Part shown: positions 11,229 through 26,200 of the stretch, piece after piece
Position numbering within the stretch: position 1 is the stretch's first letter
Layout: each line of letters starts with the position of its first letter
Source of the DNA: Eledone cirrhosa
Lineage: Eukaryota
Direction: 5' to 3'
Assembly: GCA_964016885.1 (NCBI GenBank)
Contig: OZ024740.1
Location: 429,164,001 to 429,228,000, forward strand
DNA: 64,000 nt
Translations under genes and position numbers: made by a program
The notes under the pieces: model-generated
Told to the model about the DNA's origin: nothing
The model's database searches: none
Seen by the model: only the letters and a program-made list of their open reading frames with translations

Positions 11229-14200
11229 TAGTAACAACAGCAGCAGTAGTGTCAACAACAACAGCAGCAGTACTAACAACAACAACAACAGTAGTACTAA
11301 CAACAACAACAACAGTACTAACAACAACAGCAGCAGTACTAACAGCAGCAGCATCAGTACGAACAACAGTAGCAGCAGTACCAACACAGCAGCAGCAGCA
11401 GTACTGACATCAGCAACAACAGTACTAACAACAACAGCAGTAGTACTAACAACAACAACAACAGTACTAACAACAACAGCAGTAGTAATAACAACAACAA
11501 CAATAGTACTAACAACAACAGCAGCAGTACTAACAATACAGCAGCAGCAGTACTAACAACACAACAGCAGCAGTACTAACAACAGCAACATCAGTACAAA
11601 CAACAACAGCAGCAGTACTGACAAGCACGGCAGCAGTAGTACTAACAACAACAACAACAGTACTAACAACAACAGCAGGAGCTGTACTAACAACAAGAGC
11701 AGCAGCAGTACTAACAACATAGCAGCAGTACTAATAACAACAGATGCAGTAGTACTAACAACAACAGAAGCAGCAGTACTACAACAACAACACCAGCAGT
11801 ACTAACAACAACGGCAGCAGTACTAACAACAACAGCAACAGCAGTACTACAACAACAATAGCAGCAGTACTAACAACAACAACAGCAGCAGTACTAACAA
11901 CAACAACACCAGCAGTACTAACAACAACAACACCAGCAGTACTAACAACAACACAGCAGCAGTACTAACAACAACAGCAGTAGTACTAACAACAACAGCA
12001 ACAGCAGTACTACAACAACAACAGCAGCAGTACTAACAACAACAACAGCAGCAGTACTAACAACAACAACAGTAGCAGTACTAACAACAACAACAGCAGC
12101 TGTACTAACAACAACAACAGTAGCAGTACTAACAACAACAACAGCAGCAGTACTAACAAACAGCAGCAGCAGTACTAACAGCAACAACAACAACAGTACT
12201 AACACCAACAACAGCAGCAGTACTAACAAAAACAACAGCAGCAGTACGAACAACAACTCCAGCGGCAGTACTAACAACAACAACAGCAGCAGTACTAACA
12301 GCAACAGTAGCAGTACTAACAGCAACAACAGCAGCAGTACTAACAACAAGAAAAACAGCAGTACTAACAACAACAACAGCAGCAGTAGTAACAACAACAA
12401 CAGCAGCAGTACTAACAACAACAACAGTAGCAGTACTAACAACAACAACAGTAGCAGTACTAACAACAACAACAGCAGCAGTAGTAACAACAACAACAGC
12501 AGCAGTACTAACAACAACAACACCAGCAGTACTAACAACAACAACAGCAGTACTAACAACAACTCCAGCAGCAGTACTAATACCAACAACAGCAGCAGTA
12601 CTAACAACAACAGCAGCAGGAGTACTAACAACACAGCGACAGGAGTACTAACACCAACAACAGGAACAGTACTAACAACAACAACAGCAGCAGCAATACT
12701 AACAAAAACAATAGCAGCAGTACTAACAACACAGCAGCAGCAGTACTAACACCAACACCAGCAACAGTACTAACAACAAGAACAGCAGCAGTACTAACAA
12801 AACAGCAGCAGCAATACTAACAACACAGCAGCAAGAGTACTAACAACAACAACAGCAGCAGTACTAACACCAACAACAGAAGCAGTACTAACAACAACAA
12901 CAGCAGCAGTACTAACACCAACAACAGAAGCAGTACTAACAACACACAGCAACAGTACTAACAACAACAACAGCAGCAGTACTAACAACAACAACAGCAA
13001 CAGAACTAACAACAACAACACCAGCAGTACAAACAACCACAACAGCAGCAGTACTAACAACAACAACAACACCAGAAGTACTAACAACAACAACACCAGC
13101 AGTACTAACAAGAACAACAGCAGCAGTACTAACAACAACAACAGCAGCAATACTAACAACAACAACAGCAGCAGTACTAACAACAACAACAGTAGCAGTA
13201 CTAACAACAACAACAACAGCAGTACTAACAACAACAACACCAGCAGTACTAACAACAACAACAGCAGCAGTACTAACAACAACAACAGCAGCAGTACTAA
13301 CAACAACAACAGCAGCAGTACTAACAACAACAACAGTAGCAGTACTAACAACAACAACAGCAGCAGTACTAACAACAACAACAGTAGCAGTAATAACAAC
13401 AACAACAGCAGCTGTACTAACAACAACAACAGCAGCAGTACTAACAACAACAACAGCAGCAGTACTAACAACAACAGTAGCAGTACTAACAACAACAACA
13501 GTAGCAGTACTAACAACAACAACAGTAGCAGTACTAACAACAACAACAGTAGCAGTACTAACAACAACACCAGCAGCAGTACTAACAACACAACAGTAGC
13601 AGTACTAACAACAACAACAGCAGCAGTACTAACAACAACAACAGCAGCAGTACTAACAAAAACAACAGTAGCAGTACTAACAACAACAACAGCAGCAGTA
13701 CTAACAACAACAACAGCAGCAGTACTAACAACACAACAGCAGCAGTACTAACAACAACAACAGTAGCAGTACTAACAACAACAACAGCAGCAGTACTAAC
13801 AACAACAACAGTAGCAGTACTAACAACAACAACAGTAGCAGTACTAACAACAACAACACCAGCAGTACTAACAACAACAACAGCAGCAGTACTAACAACA
13901 ACAACAGTAGCAGTACTAACAACAACAACACCAGCAGTACTAACAACAACAACAGCAGCAGTACTAACAACAACAACAGCAGCAGTACTAACAACACAAC
14001 AGCAGTACTAACAACACAACAGCAGCAATACTAACAACAACAACAGCAGCAGTACTAACAACAACAACAGTAGCAGTACCACCAACAACAACAGCAGCAG
14101 TACTAACAACAACAACAGCAGCAGTACTAACAACAACAACAGCAGCAGTACTAACAACAACAACAGCAGCTGTACTAACAACAACAACACCAGCAGTACT

Positions 14201-17200
14201 AACAAGAACAACAGCAGCAGTACTAACAACAACAACAGCAGTACTAACAACAACAACACCAGCAGTACTAACAACAACAACACCAGCAGTACTAACAACA
14301 ACAACAGTAGCAGTACTAACAACAACAACAGCAGCAGTACTAACAACAACAACAGTAGCAGTACTAACAACAACAACAGCAGCAGTACTAACAACAACAA
14401 CAGCAGCAATACTAACAACAACAACAGCAGCAGTACTAACAACAACAACAGCAGCAGTACTAACAACAACAACAGTAGCAGTACTAACAACAACAACAGC
14501 AGCAGTACTAACAACAACAACAGCAGCAGTACTAACAACAACAACAGCAGCACTACTAACAACAACAACAGCAGCAGTACTAACAACAACAACAGTAGCA
14601 GTACTAACAACAACAACAGCAGCAGTACTAACAACAACAACAGCAGCAGTACTAACAACAACAACAGCAGCAGTACTAACAAAACAACAGCAGCTGTACT
14701 AACAACAACAACACCAGCAGTACTAACAACAACAACAGCAGCAGTACTAACGACAACAGCAGCAGTACTAACAATACAACAGCAGCTGTACTAACAACAA
14801 CAACACCAGCAGTACTAACAACAACAACAGCAGCAGTACTAACAACAACAACAACAGCAGTACTAACAACAACAACACCAGCAGTACTAACAACACAACA
14901 GCAGTACTAACAACAACAACAGCAGCAGTACTAACAACAACAACAGTAGCAGTACTAACAAACCAGCAGCAGCAATACTAACAACACAGCAGCAAGAGTA
15001 CTAACAACAACAACAGCAGCAGTACTAACAACAACAACAGTAGCAGTACTAACAACAACAACAGCAGCAGTACTAACAACAACAACAGCAGCAGTACTAA
15101 CAACAACAACAGTAGCAGTACTAACAACACAGCAGCAGCAGTACTAACACCAACAACAGCAACAGTACTAACACCAACAACAGCAGCAGAAGTACTAACA
15201 ACAAGAACAGCAGCAGTACTAACAACCACAGCAGCAGCAATACTAACAACACAGCAGCAAGAGTACTAACAACACAACAGCAGCAGTACTAACAACAACG
15301 ACAGCAGCAGTACTAACAACACACAGCAACAGTACTAACAACAACAACAGCAGCAGTACTAACAACAACAACACCAGCAGTACTAACAACAACAACAGCA
15401 GCAGTACTAACAACAACAGCAGCAATACTAACAACAACAACACCAGCAGTACTAACAACAACAACACCAGCAGTACTAACAACAACAACAGCAGCAGTAC
15501 TAACAACAACAACAGCAGCAGTACTAACAACACAACAGCAGTACTAACAACAACAACAGCAGCAGTACTAACAACAACAACAGCAGCAGTACTAACAACA
15601 ACAACAGTAGCAGTACTAACAACAACAACAGCAGCAGTACTAACAACAACAACAGCAGCAGTACTAACAACAACAACAACAGTAGCAGTACTAACAACAA
15701 CAACAGCAGCAGTACTAACAACAACAACAGTAGCAGTACTAACAACAACAACAGCAGCAGTACTAACAACAACAACACCAGCAGTACTAACAACAACAAC
15801 AGTAGCAGTACTAACAACAACAACAGCAGCAGTACTAACAACAACAACAGTAGCAGTACTAACAACAACAACAGCAGCAGTACTAACAACAACAACACCA
15901 GCAGTACTAACAACAACAACACCAGCAGTACTAACAACAACAACAGCAGCAGTACTAACAACAACAACAGCAGCAGTACTAACAACACAACAGCAGTACT
16001 AACAACAACAACAGCAGCAGTACTAACAACAACAACAGCAGCAGTACTAACAACAACAACAGTAGCAGTACTAACAACAACAACAGCAGCAGTACTAACA
16101 ACAATAACAGCAGCAGTACTAACAACAACAACAGCAGCAGTACTAACAACAACAACAGCAGCTGTACTAACAACAACAACACCAGCAGTACTAACAACAA
16201 CAACAGCAGCAGTACTAACAACAACAACAGCAGTACTAACAACAACAACACCAGCAGTACTAACAACAACAACACCAGCAGTACTAACAACAACAACAGT
16301 AGCAGTACTAACAACAACACAGCAGCAGTACTAACAACAACAACAGTAGCAGTACTAACAACAACAACAGCAGCAGTACTAACAACAACAACAGCAGCAG
16401 TACTAACAACAACAACAGCAGCAGTACTAACAACAACAACAGCAGCAGTACTAACAACAACAACAGCAGCAGTACTAACAACAACAACAGCAGCAGTACT
16501 AACGACAACAGCAGCAGTACTAACAATACAACAGCAGCTGTACTAACAACAACAACACCAGCAGTACTAACAACAACAACAGCAGCAGTACTAACAACAA
16601 CAACACCAGCAGTACTAACAACAACAACACCAGCAGTACTAACAACACAACAGCAGTACTAACAACAACAACAGCAGCAGTACTAACAACAACAACAGCA
16701 GCAGTACTAACAACAACAACAGTAGCAGTACTAACAACAACAACAGCAGCAGTACTAACAACAACAACAGTAGCAGTACTAACAACAACAACAGCAGCAG
16801 TACTAACAACAACAACAGCAGCAGTACTAACAACAACAACAGTAGCAGTACTAACAACAACAACAGCAGCAGTACTAACAACAACAACAGTAGCAGTACT
16901 AACAACAACAACAGCAGCAGTACTAACAACAACACAGCAGCAGTACTAACAACAACAACAGTAGCAGTACTAACAACAACAACAGCAGCAGTACTAACAA
17001 CAACAACAGCAGCAGTACTAACAACAACAACAGCAGCAGTACTAACAACAACAACAGCAGCAGTACTAACAACAACAACAACAGTAGCAGTACTAACAAC
17101 AACAACAGCAGCAGTACTAACAACAACAACAGCAGCAGTACTAACAACAACAACAGCAGCAGTACTAACAAAAACAACAGCAGCTGTACTAACAACAACA

Positions 17201-20200
17201 ACACCAGCAGTACTAACAACAACAACAGCAGCAGTACTAACGACAACAGCAGCAGTACTAACAATACAACAGCAGCTGTACTAACAACAAAAACACCAGC
17301 AGTACTAACAACAACAACAGCAGCAGTACTAACAACAACAACACCAGCAGTACTAACAACAACAATACCAGCAGTACTAACAACAGAACAGCAGTACTAA
17401 CAACAACAACAGCAGCAGTACTAACAACAACAACAGTAGCAGTACTAACAAGACAGCAGCAGCAGTACTAACACCAACACCAGCAACAGTACTAACAACA
17501 AGAACAGCAGCAGTACTAACAAACCAGCAGCAGCAATACTAACAACACAGCAACAAGAGTACTAACAACAACAACAGCAGCAGTACTAACACCAACAACA
17601 GAAGCAGTACTAACAACACACAGCAACAGTACTAACAACAATAACAGCAGCAGTACTAACAACAACAACACCAGCAGTACTAACAACAACAACAGCAGCA
17701 GTACTAACAACAACAACAGCAACAGAACTAACAACAACAACACCAGCAGTACTAACAACACAGCAGCAGCAGTACTAACACCAACAACAGCAACAGTACT
17801 AACAACAAGAACAGCAGCAGTACTAACAACCACAGCAGCAGCAATACTAACAACACAGCAGCAAGAGTACTAACAACAACAACAGCAGCAGTACTAACAA
17901 CAACAACAGCAGCAGTACTAACAACACACAGCAACAGTACTAACAACAACAACAGCAGCAGTACTAACAACAACAACACCAGCAGTACTAACAACAACAA
18001 CAGCAGCAGTACTAACAACAACAGCAGCAATACTAACAACAACAACACCAGCAGTACTAACAACAACAACACCAGCAGTACTAACAACAACAACAGCAGC
18101 AGTACTAACAACAACAACAGCAGCAATACTAACAACAACAACACCAGCAGTTCTAACAACAACAACAGCAGCAGTACTAACAACAACAACACCAGCAGTA
18201 CTAACAACAACAACACCAGCAGTACTAACAACAACAACACCAGCAGTACTAACAACAACAACAGCAGCAATACTAACAACAACAACACCAGCAGTACTAA
18301 CAACAACAACAGCAGCAGTACTAACAACAACAACACCAGCAGTACTAACAACAACAACACCAGCAGTACTAACAACAACAACAGCAGCAGTACTAACAAC
18401 AACAACAGCAGCAATACTAACAACAACAACACCAGCAGTACTAACAACAACAACAGCAGCAGTACTAACAACAACAACACCAGCAGTACTAACAACAACA
18501 ACAGCAGCAGTACTAACAACAACAACACCAGCAGTACTAACAACAACAACAGCAGCAATACTAACAACAACAACACCAGCAGTACTAACAACAACAACAG
18601 CAGCAGTACTAACAACAACAACACCAGCAGTACTAACAACAACAACAGCAGCAGTACTAACAACAACAACACCAGCAGTACTAACAACAACAACACCAGC
18701 AGTACTAACAACAACAACACCAGCAGTACTAACAACAACAACAGCAGCAATACTAACAACAACAACACCAGCAGTACTAACAACAACAACAGCAGCAGTA
18801 CTAACAACAACAACACCAGCAGTACTAACAACAACAACACCAGCAGTACTAACAACAATAACAGCAGCAGTACTAACAACAACAACAGCAGCAATACTAA
18901 CAACAACAACACCAGCAGTACTAACAACAACAACAGCAGCAGTACTAACAACAACAACACCAGCAGTACTAACAACAACAACACCAGCAGTACTAACAAC
19001 AACAACAGCAGCAGTACTAACAACAACAACAGCAGCAATACTAACAACAACAACACCAGCAGTACTAACAACAACAACAGCAGCAGTACTAACAACAACA
19101 ACAGCAGCAGTACTAACAACAACAACAGCAGCTGTACTAACAACAACAACAGCAGCAGTACTAACAACAACAACAGCAGCAGTACTAACAACAACAACAC
19201 CAGCAGTACTAACTACAACAACAACAGCAGTACTAACGACAACAACACCAGCAGTACTAACAACAAGAACAGCAGCAGTACTAACAACAACAACAGCAGC
19301 TGTACTAACAACAACAACAGCAGAAGTACTAACAACAACAACACCAGCAGTACTAACAACAACAACACCAGCAGTACTAACAACAACAACACCAGCAGTA
19401 CTAACAACAACAACAGCAGCAGTTCTAACAACAACAACACCAGCAGTACTAACAACAACAACACCAGCAGTACTAACAACAACAACACCAGCAGTACTAA
19501 CAACAACAACACCAGCTGTACTAACAACGACAACAGCATCAGTACTAACAACAAAAACACCAGCAGTACTAACAACAACAACACCAGCAGTACTAACAAC
19601 AACAACACCAACAGTACTAATAACAACAACACCAGCAGTACTAACAACAACAACAGCAGCAGTACTAACAACAACAACACCAGCAGTACTAACAACAACA
19701 ACACCAGCAGTACTAACAACAACAATACCAGCAGTACTAACAACACAACAGCAGTACTAACAACAACAACAGCAGCAGTACTAACAACAACAACAGTAGC
19801 AGTACTAACAAGACAGCAGCAGCAGTACTAACACCAACACCAGCAACAGTACTAACAACAAGAACAGCAGCAGTACTAACAAACCAGCAGCAGCAATACT
19901 AACAACACAGCAACAAGAGTACTAACAACAACAACAGCAGCAGTACTAACACCAACAACAGAAGCAGTACTAACAACACACAGCAACAGTACTAACAACA
20001 ATAACAGCAGCAGTACTAACAACAACAACACCAGCAGTACTAACAACAACAACAGCAGCAGTACTAACAACAACAACAGCAACAGAACTAACAACAACAA
20101 CACCAGCAGTACTAACAACACAGCAGCAGCAGTACTAACACCAACAACAGCAACAGTACTAACAACAAGAACAGCAGCAGTACTAACAACCACAGCAGCA

Positions 20201-23200
20201 GCAATACTAACAACACAGCAGCAAGAGTACTAACAACAACAACAGCAGCAGTACTAACAACAACAACAGCAGCAGTACTAACAACACACAGCAACAGTAC
20301 TAACAACAACAACAGCAGCAGTACTAACAACAACAACACCAGCAGTACTAACAACAACAACAGCAGCAGTACTAACAACAACAGCAGCAATACTAACAAC
20401 AACAACACCAGCAGTACTAACAACAACAACACCAGCAGTACTAACAACAACAACAGCAGCAGTACTAACAACAACAACAGCAGCAATACTAACAACAACA
20501 ACACCAGCAGTACTAACAACAACAACAGCAGCAGTACTAACAACAACAACACCAGCAGTACTAACAACAACAACACCAGCAGTACTAACAACAACAACAC
20601 CAGCAGTACTAACAACAACAACAGCAGCAATACTAACAACAACAACACCAGCAGTACTAACAACAACAACAGCAGCAGTACTAACAACAACAACACCAGC
20701 AGTACTAACAACAACAACACCAGCAGTACTAACAACAACAACAGTAGCAGTACTAACAACAACAACACCAGCAGTACTAACAACAACAACAGCAGCAATA
20801 CTAACAACAACAACACCAGCAGTACTAACAACAACAACAGCAGCAGTACTAACAACAACAACACCAGCAGTACTAACAACAACAACAGCAGCAGTACTAA
20901 CAACAACAACACCAGCAGTACTAACAACAACAACAGCAGCAATACTAACAACAACAACAGCAGCAGTACTAACAACAACAACAGCAGCAGTACTAACAAC
21001 AACAACACCAGCAGTACTAACAACAACAACACCAGCAGTACTAACAACAACAACACCAGCAGTACTAACAACAACAACAGCAGCGGTACTAACAACAACA
21101 ACAGCAGCAATACTAACAACAACAACACCAGCAGTACTAACAACAACAACAGCAGCAGTACTAACAACAACAACACCAGCAGTACTAACAACAACAACAC
21201 CAGCAGTACTAACAACAACAACACCAGCAGTACTAACAACAACAACAGCAGCAATACTAACAACAACAACACCAGCAGTACTAACAACAACAACAGCAGC
21301 AGTACTAACAACAACAACACCAGCAGTACTAACAACAACAACACCAGCAGTACTAACAACAACAACAGTAGCAGTACTAACAACAACAACAGCAGCAATA
21401 CTAACAACAACAACACCAGCAGTACTAACAACAACAACAGCAGCAGTACTAACAACAACAACAGCAGCAGTACTAACAACAACAACAGCAGCTGTACTAA
21501 CAACAACAACAGCAGCAGTACTAACAACAACAACAACAGCAGTACTAACAACAACAACACCAGCAGTACTAACTACAACAACAACAGCAGTACTAACGAC
21601 AACAACACCAGCAGTACTAACAACAAGAACAGCAGCAGTACTAACAACAACAACAGCAGCTGTACTAACAACAACAACAGCAGAAGTACTAACAACAACA
21701 ACACCAGCAGTACTAACAACAACAACACCAGCAGTACTAACAACAACAACACCAGCAGTACTAACAACAACAACAGCAGCAGTTCTAACAACAACAACAC
21801 CAGCAGTACTAACAACAACAACACCAGCAGTACTAACAACAACAACACCAGCAGTACTAACAACAACAACACCAGCTGTACTAACAACGACAACAGCATC
21901 AGTACTAACAACAAAAACACCAGCAGTACTAACAACAACAACACCAGCAGTACTAACAACAACAACACCAACAGTACTAATAACAACAACACCAGCAGTA
22001 CTAACAACAACAACAGCAGCAGTACTAACAACAACAACACCAGCAGTACTAACAACAACAACAGCAGCAGTACTAACAACAACAACACCAGCAGTACTAA
22101 CAACAACGACAGCAGCAGTACTAACAACAACAACAGCAGCTGTACTAACAACAACAACACCAGCAGTACTAACAACAACAACAGCAGCAGTACTAACAAC
22201 AACAACAACACCAGCAGTACTAACAACAACAACACCAGCAGTACTAACAACAACAACAGCAGCAGTACTAACAACAACAACAGCAGCAATACTAACAACA
22301 ACAACAGCAGCAGTACTAACAACAACAACAGTAGCAGTACTAACAACAACAACAACAGCAGTACTAACAACAACAACACCAGCAGTACTAACAACAACAA
22401 CAGCAGCAGTACTAACAACAACAACAGCAGCAGTACTAACAACAACAACAGTAGCAGTACTAACAACAACAACAGTAGCAGTACTAACAACAACAACAGT
22501 AGCAGTACTAACAACAACAACAGCAGCAGTACTAACAACAACAACAGCAGCAGTACTAACAACAACAACAGTAGCAGTACTAACAACAACAACAGTAGCA
22601 GTACTAACAACAACAACAGTAGCAGTACTAACAACAACAACAACAGCAGTACTAACAACAACAACAACAGCAGTACTAACAACAACAACACCAGCAGTAC
22701 TAACAACAACAACAGCAGCAGTACTAACAACAACAACAGCAGCAGTACTAACAACAACAACAGTAGCAGTACTAACAACAACAACAGTAGCAGTACTAAC
22801 AACAACAACAGCAGCAGTACTAACAACAACAACAGCAGCAGTGCTAACAACAACAACAGCAGCAGTACTAACAACAACAACAGCAGTACTAACAACAACA
22901 ACAGCAGCAGTACTAACAACAACAACAGCAGCAGTACTAACAACAACAACAGTAGCAGTACTAACAAAATCAACAGCAGCAGTACTAACAACAACAACAG
23001 CAGCAGTACTAACAACAAAAACAGTAGCAGTACTAACAACAACAACAGCAGCAGTACTAACAACAACAACAGCAGCAGTACTAACAACAACAACAGTAGC
23101 AGTACTAACAACAACAACAGTAGCAGTACTAACAACAACAACAGCAGCTGTACTAACAACAACAACACCAGCAGTACTAACAACAACAACAGCAGCAGTA

Positions 23201-26200
23201 CTAACAACAACAACACCAGCAGTACTAACAACAACAACACTAGCAGTACTAACAACAACAACAGCAGCAGTGCTAACAACAACAACAGCAGCAGTACTAA
23301 CAACAACAACAGCAGTACTAACAACAACAACAGCAGCAGTACTAACAACAACAACAGCAGCAGTACTAACAACAACAACAGTAGCAGTACTAACAAAATC
23401 AACAGCAGCAGTACTAACAACAACAACAGCAGCAGTACTAACAACAACAACAGCAGCAGTACTAACAACAACAACAGTAGCAGTACTAACAACAACAACA
23501 GTAGCAGTACTAACAACAACAACAGTAGCAGTACTAACAACAACAACAACAGCAGTACTAACAACAACAACAACAGCAGTACTAACAACAACAACACCAG
23601 CAGTACTAACAACAACAACAGCAGCAGTACTAACAACAACAACAGCAGCAGTACTAACAACAACAACAGTAGCAGTACTAACAACAACAACAGTAGCAGT
23701 ACTAACAACAACAACAGCAGCAGTACTAACAACAACAACAGCAGCAGTACTAACAACAACAACAGTAGCAGTACTAACAACAACAACAGCAGCTGTACTA
23801 ACAACAACAACAGCAGCAGTACTAACAACAACAACAGCAGCAGTACTAACAACAACAGTAGCAGTAATAACAACAACAACAACAGCAGTACTAACAACAA
23901 CAACAGTAGCAGTACTAACAACAACAACAGCAGCAGTACTAACAACAACAACAGCAGCAGTACTAACAACAACCACAGCAGCAGTACTAACAACAACAAC
24001 AGCAGCAGTACTAACAACAACAACAGTAGCAGTACTAACAACAACAACAGCAGCAGTACTAACAACAACAACAGCAGCAGTACTAACAACAACAACAGCA
24101 ACAGTACTAACAACAACAACAGCAGCTGTACTAACAACAACAACACCAGCAGTACTAACAACAACAACAGCAGCAGTACTAACAACAACAACAGCAGTAC
24201 TAACAACAACAACACCAGCAGTACTAACAACAACAACACCAGCAGTACTAACAACAACAACAGTAGCAGTACTAACAACAACAACAGTAGCAGTAATAAC
24301 AACAACAACAGCAGCAGTACTAACAACAACAACAGCAGCAGTACTAACAACAACAACAGCAGCAGTACTAACAACAACAGCAGCAGTACTAACAACAACA
24401 ACAGCAGCAGTACTAACAACAACAACAGCAGCAGTACTAACAACAACAACAGCAGTACTAACAACAACAGCAGCAGTACTAACAACGACAACAGCAGCAG
24501 TACTAACAACAACAACAGTAGCAGTACTAACAACAACAACAGCAGCAGTACTAACAACAACAACAGCAGCAGTACTAACAACAACAACAGCAGCAGTACT
24601 AACAACAACAACACCAGCAGTACTAACAACAACAACACCAGCAGTACTAACAACAACAACAGTAGCAGTACTAACAACAACAACAGCAGCAGTACTAACA
24701 ACAACAACAGCAGCAGTACTAACAACAACAACAGCAGCAGTACTAACAACAACAACACCAGCAGTACTAACAACAACAACAGCAGCAGTACTAACAACAA
24801 CAACAGCAGCAGTACTAACAACACAACAGCAGTACTAACAACAACAACAACAGCAGCAGTACTAACAACAACAACAGCAGCAGTACTAACAACAACAACA
24901 GCAGCAGTACTAACAACAACAACAGCAGCTGTACTAACAACAACAACACCAGCAGTACTAACAACAACAACACCAGCAGTACTAACAACAACAACAGTAG
25001 CAGTACTAACAACAACAACAGCAGCAGTACTAACAACAACAACAGTAGCAGTACTAACAACAACAACAGCAGCAGTACTAACAACAACAACAGCAGCAGT
25101 ACTAACAACAACAACAGCAGCAGTACTAACAACAACAACAGCAGCAGTACTAACAACAACAACAGCAGCAGTACTAACAACAACAACAGCAGCAGTACTA
25201 ACGACAACAGCAGCAGTACTAACAATACAACAGCAGCTGTACTAACAACAACAAGACCAGCAGTACTAACAACAACAACAGCAGCAGTACTAACAACAAC
25301 AACACCAGCAGTACTAACAACAACAACACCAGCAGTACTAACAACACAACAGCAGTACTAACAACAACAACAGCAGCAGTACTAACAACAACAACAGCAG
25401 CAGTACTAACAACAACAACAGCAGCAGTACTAACAACAACAACAGTAGCAGTACTAACAACAACAACAGCAGCAGTACTAACAACAACAACAGCAGCAGT
25501 ACTAACAACAACAACAGTAGCAGTACTAACAACAACAACAGCAGCAGTACTAACAACAACAACAGTAGCAGTACTAACAACAACAACAGCAGCAGTACTA
25601 ACAACAACAACAGCAGCAGTACTAACAATAACAACAGCAGCAGTACTAACAAAAACAACAGCAGCTGTACTAACAACAACAACACCAGCAGTACTAACAA
25701 CAACAACACCAGCAGTACTAACAACAACAACAGTAGCAGTACTAACGACAACAGCAGCAGTACTAACAATACAACAGCAGCTGTACTAACAACAACAACA
25801 CCAGCAGTACTAACAACAACAACAGCAGCAGTACTAACAACAACAACACCAGCAGTACTAACAACAACAACACCAGCAGTACTAACAACACAACAGCAGT
25901 ACTAACAACAACAACAGCAGCAGTACTAACAACAACAACAGTAGCAGTACTAACAAGACAGCAGCAGCAGTACTAACACCAACACCAGCAACAGTACTAA
26001 CAACAAGAACAGCAGCAGTACTAACAAACCAGCAGCAGCAATACTAACAACACAGCAGCAAGAGTACTAACAACAACAACAGCAGCAGTACTAACACCAA
26101 CAACAGAAGCAGTACTAACAACACACAGCAACAGTACTAACAACAACAACAGCAGCAGTACTAACAACAACAACACCAGCAATACTAACAACAACAACAG

